DNA of 64,000 nt, from NCBI GenBank assembly GCA_000004695.1, contig CM000154.2:1568001-1632000 (forward strand), read 5' to 3'. The notes beneath the pieces are model-generated. The model was not told the origin of the DNA and ran no database searches. It worked only from the letters and a program-made list of their open reading frames with translations. This DNA comes from Dictyostelium discoideum (lineage: Eukaryota). Positions 1 through 12,011 of this stretch are shown piece by piece. Every line of letters begins with the position of its first letter. Position 1 is the stretch's first letter. The position numbers and the translations under genes are program-made.

Positions 1-556
1 TTTTTTTATTTATTTTTTTTTTATTTTATTTTTTTTTTTTTGATATTCCTAAAAATGGTGCTCAATTAACAAATAATTTTTCCAAAAAAAAAAAAAAAAA
101 TTTAAATATTCATTGGTATAATTAATTTAATAAGTATAAAAACAATTCTAATGGAATTTAGATATTGAATAAAATAACAATATTTCATATCTTTTGTGTA
201 TTTTTGAGTGCTCTATTTTTAAACACAAATTCATATTAATAATAATAATTATTGAAAAAAAAAAAAATGGTTTCATTTTTCAAGTGTCAAATTTGGGTAT
301 TTTATTTTTTATTATTTATTTTTTTTTTGGAAAAATGGAAATGAGGTTAACATTTATTTTTAGAAACAATCTTAAAATAATAATAATAATAATAAAATAT
401 AAAAAATAAAAAAATAAACAAATTAATTTTAAATTCAGAAAAGTTGTTCTTTGTATTTCATTGAATAATAAAAATATAATATAATGAAACTTCGGGTAAT
501 TGTAAATTGTTTACAAAAGTGTCATGACAATGGTTAAATACCAGTTAGTTATGAGT

Positions 557-594
<38 letters not shown>

Positions 595-1034
595 TAAATT
601 CAAGAAAATCAATTTAAAATACAACCTTTGATCAAATAAAAATAGAGAAAAAAAAATAAAAATAGAAAAAAAAGGAAAAAAAAAAAAAAAAAAAAAAAAA
701 ATGAAAATAAAATAAAAAAAAATAAAATTTGAGTAATTTAAAAATTAAAAAAACCACACACACTGTGTGCTTGAAAATTAAAAAAAAAATAAAATAAAAA
801 TTAAAAAAAAAAAAATAAAAATAAAAAAAAAAATAAAAAAAAAAAATAAAACAAAAGCAATAGTTCCACAACACACAGTAACAATAAAACTTTATTTATA
901 TTTATATGTAACCAAATAAAAAAAAAAAGAAAAAAAAAATAAAAATTAAAAAAAAGAAAAAAAAAACAAATAAATAAATAAATAAAAAGTAAAAAGAAAT
1001 AGAAAGAGAGAAATAAAGAAAAGGAAATAGGAGT

Positions 1035-1439
1035 ATGGGTAATAATAGTAGTAGCTCTTATAAAAATAATAATAATAATAACAATAACAATAATAATAAT
1101 AATAATTCCAATGGTAATTTCAATAGTTTTCATACACCCATGCAATTGAATGGGACAAATTACACAAATCCAAAATGTAAAAGCAAAGAAGAGATTTTAT
1201 CAGTCCTAAATAAACAACCATTCCCAATAGCAGAAGAAATAAATGATTTAATTATATCATTGAGACAATCATTCTATGAAGGTCATATAGATACTCGACA
1301 ACTACTATCAAGATTAGAATACATTTTTTATGCATCTGAAGATTTTGAAAAAGTAAAATCATATTTTGTATCATTATCAAAACCAGTTTGTTGTAGTAGA
1401 GGTATGTTTTAATAAATTATTATTAAAAAAAAAAAAAAA

Positions 1440-1470
<31 letters not shown>

Positions 1471-1878
1471 ACAAATAATTAACATAGTTTTTTTTTGAAA
1501 AAAAAAAAAAAAAAGTATGGGGATCATCTTATGAAAATAAAGATACAAATAAAAATTTAAATTTTTTTTATAGATGTAAAACATGTGCATTATCACCAAA
1601 TTCAAGTATATGTTTTGAATGTTTTAAAGCAGGTCCACATGAAAGAGAGAAACATGATTATTCAATGAGTTTTGCATCCTATGGTGGATCATGTGATTGT
1701 GGAAGTTTGGATTCTTGGAAGAGAAGTGGATTTTGTTCGGAACATGAACATCCAGAAGTTGATTATTCACCATCTGGTGATATGGATAAATTACATTTAC
1801 TCACTACTCATTTAGTATTACGTCATATCTTATTAATCTTTTTAAATATAACTTTTGATCTTCATTCAAATAATAGTA

Positions 1879-1909
<31 letters not shown>

Positions 1910-1994
1910 TTTAACATCATTTACAACAAATACTACCACAACAACAACTACAACTACAACAACAACCACTTCTACATCTACGTCACCAACAAAG

Positions 1995-2042
<48 letters not shown>

Positions 2043-5000
2043 ATAACATTAAATACAATAGAAACAAAAGAAACAATTTCAATTAAAATTTTAAAATGGA
2101 TTAATGATATTGCACATGTTTCAAGATCAATATCACATGTATTATCAGAGGAATTGTGTTATCAATCATTGGATCCGATGTCATTAGATCCAAATAATAT
2201 TAAACCATTGATCTTTACATGTATGGAATATCAACTTGAATTAATTAAAAATTTACAACAACAACAACAAGAAGAAGAAGGACAAGAAGATGAAGAAAAA
2301 GAAAAAGATTCATTAAAATTAACAAATGAAGAAATTGAATTTTTAAAATTTGAATTTAAATTACCAAATGAATTTTCACCACCATTAAAAAGAATATTAT
2401 TTATTGAACAAAAGACAATTAGACAAGAGTATATGTTTATATTTTTATTCCTATTATGTGAACATACATTCAAATTTGGATTTTCACAATCGTATTTAAA
2501 TGTTTACAAGAGTTTATGTTACAAAGACACTGTGGATATATTGTTTAGATTCTCACCTCAAGTGTTTTCAGTTTGTTCAGTTAGTGAACAGTTTTCAATT
2601 GGAATGGAATTTGGTTTTTTGGATTGTATATTCGAATCGTTGTTCTTTCATTTACAAGCATCCGATAAGTTGGATAAGAATCATATTGCCATCGTATCCG
2701 ATTTAAAAACCATTCTACAACATAGGAATATAGCCCATCATATGATCTTTGAAAAGAGAAAGTATTTGAAATATTATATCAATTTGCTTCAAATTATTCA
2801 ATCCACAAGTAATGATATCAAAAGTGGTGGTATTGGTGGCGGTGGTGGCGATGAGCTCAATGATGAGGACTATTACTATCATCATAGTAACAACGACGGT
2901 ACCAACAATGGCGACTATCAAAGACGTTACATCGATACTCATATACCGTATGAAGATATCAATTGGATACAATTCTTTCAGATTGATACCGAGTTGAAGG
3001 ATATTTCAAACATTTTAATCGACTCTTTATCCACTCAAGACACATTGCAAGGCTTAAGAGATATGATTACTTTCATAGCGACTAATTTAATCACAGATCC
3101 ACAAATTCAAGAGTTACAGCCATACTACAATGTAATGGTTTCAAAGAAGGATATCTATTTGGGTGAGAAATCTATCACTACCACTCTACCCTTTCATCGT
3201 TTTTTGGGTGTAACCACTCATAAGGTCATCCAATTGTATAGTGGAATGGTGACAATTAAAGAGTTGCTTCCAATTGATTTCAATTGTTTTGCTTTCCTCT
3301 ATCCTTTGTTAAATGCTAATGTTTACACTCAACAAGTCAATTCCAATTATTGGGTTAGAAATGGTGATGTCAATGTAAAGAAGAAGGCATATGTTTACTC
3401 TTTGTTCTTTTTGGAAATGGATTTATCATTGATTCAAATGATCGCCTCTCTTATAAATGTAAACGATTTTTGTATTTTCACTTCAAAGGAGTTTGGTGCC
3501 CTCTTACCATACGGTTCAACCACTGTCATTGGAGGTAATGAGAAAAACAATTTATTTAGACCATCTTCAAATGTTTCACTCTCTTCCAATCATCATAGAT
3601 ATAGTCATTTCTTAAAGTTTATAATCGAGGTACTACAAGAACGTCTTTTCTTTATGACACCAGATCAACACACAAAATACACTTTGATTCAAATACTTTG
3701 TTCAAAACCAAAAACTCATAGTCAAATTGATTCCGTTATGAATTATGTTGAGCGTGAACTCAAGTATGAACATATTCTAAAGGAGATCTCTGATGAAATT
3801 CCACCTTCTGGTGATAATCCTACAAACTATAAAATGAAGAATGAATTTTGGAAGAATTTCAATCTCTACTATCCAATTTATACTCCTTATATTTTGGGTG
3901 AAGAATCACTTCAAGCATTTTTTGAATATAAAAAACAATTAAAAATTTCTTATCAAAATTCTTTACCAATGCCACCAAAATATGAAAATTTATCTTCAAT
4001 TGAATTTGAAAAATCATCACCATCATCATCGTCATCATCATCGTCATCATCATCATCATCGTCATCATCATCAACACCAAAAATAATAGAAGAATCTGTG
4101 GATGATAATTTTCCAACTACAACAACAACAACCACAACATCCACTGCAACTACTACAATCACAACTACAAATAATAATAATAATAATATTATTATTAAAA
4201 AAGATAATGATCAAATTAAATTCTTTGAAATTATGAATTCAGATTATTTACATTTTATGATTACAAATATTTTGTTATCATTCATTCAAGGTAGAGAAAC
4301 AAATGAAATTGGTTGTGGTATAAATGATGCATTTTATTTATTAGTTTTAATTTTAGAGAATAAAATTAAATTAAAATCATCATCGTCATCATCAACAACA
4401 ACAACAACAGAATTAATAAAAACTGAAATACCATGGACAATTTTAGATCAACCATTAAATTCATTTTCAACTTATGGTGATGCAATTTTATGTATACTTC
4501 AAAAGTTTAATTTCTTTGGTATTGGTAGATCAACATTAGATGTTTTGTTAGAGTATTATCAAGAATCTTATACCAATAATATTTATTTAGATAAAAAGGA
4601 ATACATTGATAAATGTTTATCAATACTTTATAATATTGATGAATCTATAGCAAAAAGAATAAAAACAAGATCACCAACTTTTTCACCAATTAAAAATTTA
4701 TCACTAAATAGTGATGGTAGCGTCATTTCTTCAAATGATGATAATAGTAACAGCAACAACAACAACAACAACAACAACAACAGCAATAATAATGGTGGTA
4801 ATCAAAATAATAATCAAAATAATAATAGCAATGAAGATGATGGTGATGAAAATAATAGTGGTAAACGTGATAATGAAAAGAAATTAAAGGATGCAAAGAA
4901 ACGTCAAGCTGAAATTATGGCAAAATTTGCAAAACAACAAACTCAATTCCTTCAAAATGTAGATGATTTAGGTTATGATGAAGATGACGATGAAATGGAT

Positions 5001-5672
5001 TATAGCTATAGCGCGCATAATAGTGGTAAAAAGAATAAACAAACTCCAATTTCATCACCTGGAAAAACCACTTCCACCACTGCAACATCTTCACCATCAC
5101 CATTTGTTAATAGTAGTAGTAGTAGTAATGGATTTGAATCAATTTCAAAGAGTAAAGAAATATTCAATGATAATATAAAGAATCAAAGTTGTGTATTGTG
5201 TTATGAATCTCATATTAGTGATTCTGATCCATTATCATTGATCTCATTCCTTCAACCAAGTAAAATGATAGCATACTCCAAGTGTCAATACGTTGAAAGA
5301 AAGTACCCCGAATTAACAAAGTATGATTTCTTTGTTGGTAGTGAACCAACCTATTACAATTTCCCACAAAAGAGAGATATGAATACTTTAAACTATATGT
5401 CATCATTACACATTCGTAGTTGTGGTCATTATATTCATAAGAAATGTCATTCAATTTACTTTTTAAAGGTACTCACTCAAGAACAGGATGAAAACTTTAA
5501 ACCATCTCTCAAGGAATTCTTATGTCCATTATGTAGAAGAGTTGCTAATATCATTATGCCAACCTATACTGAATCATCAGTGACATGTTCTCCAATCATC
5601 TCTTATTTTGATATTACCAATAGTACTAATAATAATAATAATAATTCAAATAATAATCTAAATAATAATCTA

Positions 5673-5703
<31 letters not shown>

Positions 5704-6048
5704 GTAATAGTAATAATAATAATATTAGTGGTAGCAATGGTTTAACAAATAGTAATGGTATTGGAAGTAGTAGTAATAGTGTTAACAATAGTCCAAATTT
5801 TGGTGGTAATGCCAATAATCTATCTATTTGGGTCGATTCATTAAAAAAGAGATTAAAAGATTTAGTAGTCATTGAACCAAGAAGTAAACTATTTTTCTCT
5901 GATTGGTTATCAACTTTAATACCTTCAATGATTGAAGGTATTACACCATGGGTACTTTATCAAATTGTTTCAAAAAATATTGAATTTTTAGAATTAGCTT
6001 CAAGATTAGTTGAATTATCACCATCATCATCATCAAATAATAATAATA

Positions 6049-6124
<76 letters not shown>

Positions 6125-7345
6125 GACAACATATCCAATTGGAAATGAATTATTTAGTAGAGATATGTTAACAATTCATACATTATTTAATTTAATTGGT
6201 TCATTAAATCAATCTTCAATTGATAGTAAATTTAAAGAAAGATTAGTTGATATAATCAAAGGTAAATCTGGATCAATTTTATCGGTTGATCCATTTTCAT
6301 TATTCATTGTTTTAGTTTCAATATTGGGTACACCAACAAATCAAGATGTTGAAATCATTACAACTTTGGTTTTAAATTTATTCATTACTCAATTTTATTT
6401 AACAAATTTATATTTAGAAAAAGGTATTAATTTATTAATTAAATTATTGTTTAATATAATTTATAAAACAACTAACATATTTCATAATATTATTTTTTTT
6501 TTTTTTTTTTTTTTCATTAAATTTTAGAAATTAATAAAAAACAAGTTAAATCAATATCACAAATTTTTCAACAAACATATACAGCAGCATCAACATCAAC
6601 ATTAAGAATGAAATATGAAGATAGATTAAAGAAAGTTATGGAACCATTAGCAAGATGTTTGTACATTGCATATCAATTCTTACAACCACCTCAAATTAGT
6701 GGTGATGGTATAAACTATATAAACAGAGAAGACCTTACCAATAAGGAAAAGATTTACTCAAGATTAGGTATAAATTCAATGGAAGAAATAGTCAATAGAG
6801 CATTATTTAACAATCCATACTTGAGTCAATGGTTATCACAAATGGAGAGTAAGAAAGTGGATCCATTCTTTATTGTAGAATATAGACGTCCAAAATTCAT
6901 AACACTTCCAGAGAGTTTTGAAGACTTTTTCGTTTCAAGTGCCCAAAGAGAATGTATGAATTGTAAGACTAAACCAGAGTTTTCTGCAGTTTGCTTACTT
7001 TGTAATCAATTGGTATGCTCTCATAGGAGCGAATGTTGTAATGATGATGATAAACATTATAACATATCCGAAGGCTATAAACATACTTTGAAATGTGGCA
7101 GTTTTAAGGTTGGTTTCTTTTTAGAAACTAAAGCTCCTCGAATCGATATCCTACGTGATCATAGAAAGAGTATTTTTAATAATGGTTACCTCGATCAATA
7201 TGGTGAATCCGATCCAACTTTGGATCGTGGTAAACCATTATTAAGAAATGATAATAACTTTCAAGATCTTTGGAATTGTTGGATTACTCATTCAATTGAG
7301 GATCGTTTCCTTTCAAACTCAACACTTTCTTCTAGAACTTTTTAA
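1035..7345 (+). CDS. UBR-box N-recognin E3 ubiquitin ligase (UBR1/UBR2-like). Proposed CDS join(1035..1401,1516..6423,6528..7345).
   Basis: Exon 1 ends ...VCCSR then GTATGT. Exon 2 continues VWGSSYE...YRCKTCALSPNSSICFECFKAGPHEREKHDYSMSFASYGGSCDCGSLDSWKRSGFCSEHE. This matches the UBR box of human UBR1 ([31 protein letters not shown]...GGFCDCGD..W...GFC..HE). Splice phases are consistent (114-bp and 104-bp AT-rich introns). The last exon carries the C-terminal Cys-rich UBR autoinhibitory region (CMNCKTKPEFSAVCLLCNQLVCSHRSECC). It also has long poly-N/Q/T/S tracts typical of Dictyostelium. Confidence 0.85.
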
Positions 7346-7451
7346 ATATATAAATATATAAAAAAAAAATAAAAATAAAAAATAAAAAAAAAATAAAAAA
7401 AAAAATTAGATTTTTTTTTTTGGAAGTGTTTATTAAAAAAGTTTAAAAATA

Positions 7452-7484
<33 letters not shown>

Positions 7485-7885
7485 TATTTTTTTTTTTTAA
7501 AAAATAGTTAATTAAAAAAAATATAAAGAAGAATATCCAAAATCACCAAAAACCCACCCATAAAAAAAAACATATGAGCTAACCTATTAAAGCTCGAAAT
7601 TTATTCATATATCTTGAAAAATAATATTCTTTTTTTTGATAGTCAAATGATGGGGTTGTGCAAAAAAAAAAAAAAATAAAAAAAATAAAAAATAAAAAAT
7701 ATCTTCATCAAATGTTTTATTAGAATTATTATTTTAAAATCTTTTTTTCCCACATTAAACTTCACATTCGCACTTAAAAAAACTAAACAATGTCCACCTT
7801 TATTTTAATTTTTTTTTTTTTTTTTTTTTAACTTCACTATTTAAACTTTAATTTTATTATAATTATTTAATAAAGTTTCAAAAAA

Positions 7886-10800
7886 ATGAAGTATTCAAGT
7901 TTTTTATTACTTTTTATATATATATTTTTTATTTTAAATAATGTAACTTTTTAAATTTGGACTTTAAAAAATAAAAAATAAAATTAATATAGGATTTATT
8001 AATAGTTTAATAATTATTTTAATTAGATAAATGCTCAATCATGTCCATCTACTAGTTCAACATGGAGACCAACAATGGCATCATTTGTAACACCAACATC
8101 TCCATCAATTGCAACAATTCAACCACAATTAGACTTTTTATTAGGTAAAAATAATTTGGTTTTTATGGGTCAATATGGTTACTCTGCAACTTCGATTACT
8201 GATGGTCCAACAGGTGTAGCAAATTCATTCACTATGAATTATGATACTTGGGGTCCAGCAATGCATTGGTTGGTTGTAAAGACACCTGTTCCCGCTCTTA
8301 AAGCAAATCAAAACTATGAATTTAGTTTTGGTTTTAAATTGGGTCAAGTTTTAGGTAGCTATAATAAAATTGCAAGTATTTCAGTAAACTTTTTTAATCC
8401 AGCCGATATTACAGATCCAAATGGAGGAAGTCAATATTTTGTAACTCCAGCACACCCAGCAGTATATAGTAAAACCGTTACCACTGGTTCGTGGACTTCA
8501 TCTACAACATTTGCCCAAAACATCATTACTCTTACACCTACTGTTGATATTGGTTTATCAATAATGGCAATTCAAATTACTCGTACCTCCCAAACTGGTC
8601 CAGCTATTACCACTATGTTTGTTAGTAACATGAAATTATCAATTCCATCCAGAACCGTTCCAGCTCCACCAACCAACTTAATTACCAAAGATTCCGAATT
8701 AATTGCTATTCCAAAACCATTATCAAGTCTTGATGCTCAAGATTCAACAACATGTCCATACTTAGCAACCGATTTAGTTCACTGGCACGACCCAACAATT
8801 TGGACTAGTGGTGTTGTACCATTACCATCAACTTCATCAAACATTATCATACCAGCAGGTAAAAAAGTTTTAATCTCACCATGCTCAATCAACCAAACCG
8901 GTATTTATCAAAAAATTACTATCCCAGCAACTTCTGAATTAATATTTGCAGATGCAAGCTTAACAATGAATATTCAAGATATTTATGTCCAAGGTAAATT
9001 TATCATGGGTACAACTAAATGTCGTTACAATGCCAATATTAATATTGTATTCAATGGTGCAATGACAACTGTTGATACAATTGCTCAATATTTTGGTTCA
9101 AAAGGTATTGCTGTTGCTTCAGGTGGTTTTATAAGTGTTCATGGTAGACAATACCATAATACTTGGACTAAATTGGCTGCCACTGCTTGGTCTGGTGATA
9201 ATGTTATCTATATTCAAGATGATGTTAATTGGATTGTTGGACAACAAGTTGTAGTTGCAACAAGTGTTTATCAAGATGAGAAATATCCAGAGAATGAAGT
9301 AATGACAATTGCTGCCATCCAAGGAAAAGTTATACAATTCACTGAACCACTTAAATACTATCATTATGGTGGTCAAGAATATCAAGCTGAAGTCGCTCTC
9401 CTAACAAGAAATATCGTTTTCCAAAGTGAGTCTTCATCTGCTGCTTCATCATTTGGTGGTCATGTTCTTGTAAGTGGTGAAGGTCAGTTTGCTGGTATTC
9501 AACTCATTCGTATGGGTCAAAGAAACATAAAAGGTCGTTATCCATTACATTTCCACATGGCAAACACAGTTAGCAAATCCTACATTTCTGATTGTTCAGT
9601 AGTCAGTAGTTATTATCGTTGTTACACAATTCATGCCACTAATAATGTAACTGTTACAAGAAATGTTGCATTTGATGTAAATGGACATTGTTATTATTTA
9701 GAAGATGGTGTTGAAATGGATAACACTCTTTCATTCAACTTTGCTTCATATGTTCATACGATTGGAACTCCAGCAGCAGGATATAATCAATATGGTCAAG
9801 ATTTTACCCAATCATCTTCACTTGCACAACCAGCTGATGTTGCTGCTGGTGGTTTCTATATTACAAACGCATGGAATTCATTTATTGGTAATGCAGCAAG
9901 TGGTGGTTGGGCAGGTTTTTCATTCCCAAACTTAGACGCACCAATTGGTAATTCAATTAATGTTCCAATCGTTCCAAAACAATTCACAACTAAAGTTTTC
10001 CAAGGTAATACAGCACATTCAAGTGGATACTTTTTTGAATTTGGTTCATCCATTTATGTAGGAGGCGATTTATCAACAGGATCAGATGGTTTATTGGTTT
10101 ATAATAGTGGTAGAATTTCAAGAGAAACCTATTTAAATGGTGTTGAATCTGGAGGTGAAATTTGGATGAGATTTAACAATACAAAAGTTTATCTTTCCAA
10201 TAGGGGTATTGGTATGTGGGGTGAACGTGTTGAAGTTATTTTATTAGAAAGTCATGACTCCATTCGTCCAGGTTCATTATTTGGTGAAGCATGGTTATCA
10301 GATGCAATTGTAAATGGTCAAACTGGTAATTTATTGTCTAAAACCACTGATTATTCAAGACAAGGTTTCCAATTTTATGATACTTATGTAAAGACAATTT
10401 TAACCAATATCATTTTCAGAAACTTTGTTCATAATCCATTATCAACAAGTCCAGAAGATGACAATAGAGTGATCATCAGTATGACCCATTCCGATGAATT
10501 TAAACCACAATTTATCTCTGCTACAAAGAATATTACCATTCAAGGTACAGCTGTCTCTCAATATATTGGACATCGTATTTTTGATACTGGTTCAAGTCGT
10601 CAATTTAATTTTGTAGATTATGACGGTACCATTTCAGGTAGAAGTGTTCCAACTATTTTTGGCGCACATGATAAATGGTGGCAATTCGATAACACTTGTA
10701 CATACAATAACGATTGGAATTCTTGGGTTTGTAATAAGGGTACTTATGAAGTTGCAAGTGTATCTGTTGAAGTACCAGGCTATATGGATCGTTCAGGTGA

Positions 10801-11329
10801 ATATGATGCAACATCCAATGTCGGTTATATTTATTTATTCGGTAGTGGAATTACAGATTCAAGAAGAATGAATGTAACAAGAAATGTTGGTATCACTGGT
10901 ATTTCTGACTTTGGATGGTATTTATATTGGACTGTAGGTACACCAAGTTATATTAAACTTTGGTTATCAGAAGTTCCATATGGCCACTATGTTTTCTTTG
11001 CAATTCCATACCCAGCAAGTACAACCTTTAAAGTTTCATGTGAATATAAATATAACTCTCAACATTCTTATAATTTCACACAAGCCACATCAGCCGCTGC
11101 AGTTAGAAGTGGTGATGGTAAGAAATATTATTTCAATGGTACTCATCTTTTTGTTAAAGTTATCAACTTTGTCTTAAATGGAAGTGAATACTTTAGTCGT
11201 GGAGGTGCCAAAATCAATGATGTATATTGGGAGTTCATTGTTCACATTACAGCAACCAATACCGTAAAACCACCTGTAAATGGATTTTATACTGGTTTAA
11301 CAGATGTATTACCTTCAAGTACACTTTAA
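7886..11329 (+). CDS. Secreted G8-domain / right-handed beta-helix protein (CEMIP/KIAA1199-TMEM2-like). Proposed CDS join(7886..7942,8027..11329).
   Basis: The G8 consensus region is CPYLATDLVHWHDPTIWTSGVVPLPSTSSNIIIPAGKKVLISPC...IFADASLTMNIQDIYVQGKFIMGTTKCRY. It is followed by the beta-helix block with GRYPLHFHMANTVSKSYISDCSVVSSYYRCYTIHATNNVTVTRNVAFDVNGHCYYLEDGVEMDNTLSFN, whose GRYPIHFH motif is typical of the CEMIP/TMEM2 family. A 19-codon upstream mini-exon (MKYSSFLLLFIYIFFILNN, a signal peptide) ends at GTAACT. It joins in phase 0 to an AG acceptor at 8025-8026, giving ...NN|INAQSCPSTSSTWRPTMASF. The mini-exon and splice are inferred only. Confidence 0.7.
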
Positions 11330-11461
11330 TAAATCAAAATAATAAAATAGTAAAATAATTATGTTTAATATACAAAATTAAAAATAATGTTTGTTTTTTT
11401 TTTTTTATAATTTTGATGTTCTTTTTATTTTAATATTTTTTATTTAATACTTTGAAATTCC

Positions 11462-11846
11462 AAAGTGGCAGTTTTAAGGTTGGTTTCTTTTTAGAAAATA
11501 AAGCTATTCGGGTGGATATCCTACGTGATAATAGAAAGAGTATTTTTAATGATGGTTCCAATACTGTGAATGTTGGCATCACTGGTATTTCTGACTTTGG
11601 TTGGTATTTAAATAAATAAGTAAATTGGACTGTGGGTGCACCAAGTTATATTAAACTTTGTTTATCAGAAGTTCCATATGCTCGTTATTTGAGAAATTGA
11701 AAAAAAATAATAAAATAAATCAAAATAAAATAATAATAAAATAATTATGTTTATTTTTTTAATTATTTAATCAATACCTCTAAAATAATTTCAGTAATTT
11801 GTAAATAGTTGATTTATTTTTTAGTTTTGATGTTTTTATTTATTTT

Positions 11847-11870
<24 letters not shown>
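11462..11870. repeat. Mosaic pseudo-duplication: a copy of UBR last-exon bases ~7090-7195, then a degraded copy of G8 gene bases ~10868-10990, then a copy of the G8 3' UTR (~11330-11450).
   Basis: 11470-11565 (gtggcagttttaaggttggtttctttttagaaaataaagctattcgggtggatatcctacgtgataatagaaagagtatttttaatgatgg) is ~90% identical to 7095-7195. 11566-11697 (gaatgttggcatcactggtatttctgactttggttggtattt...ccaagttatattaaactttgtttatcagaagttccatatg) matches 10873-10985, with a 14-bp insertion. 11700-11870 repeats 3' UTR motifs (aaatcaaaataa...taaaataattatgttta..., ttttgatgtt). No intact ORF. Confidence 0.8.
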
Positions 11871-11898
<28 letters not shown>

Positions 11899-12011
11899 AA
11901 TTATTATTAATTATTATTAATTATTATTAATTATTATTAATTATTAATTATTATTAATTATTATTATTTATTATTATTATTACTTATTATTATTATTATT
12001 ATTTTTAAAAA

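Noticed and set aside
632-1145. Minus-strand ORFs of 80-114 aa made of poly-Phe/Ile/Lys (FFFYFFF…, IIIIIIVIVIIII…)
   Set aside because: They are translations of A/T homopolymer-rich promoter DNA upstream of the UBR gene, with no codon structure or conserved motif.
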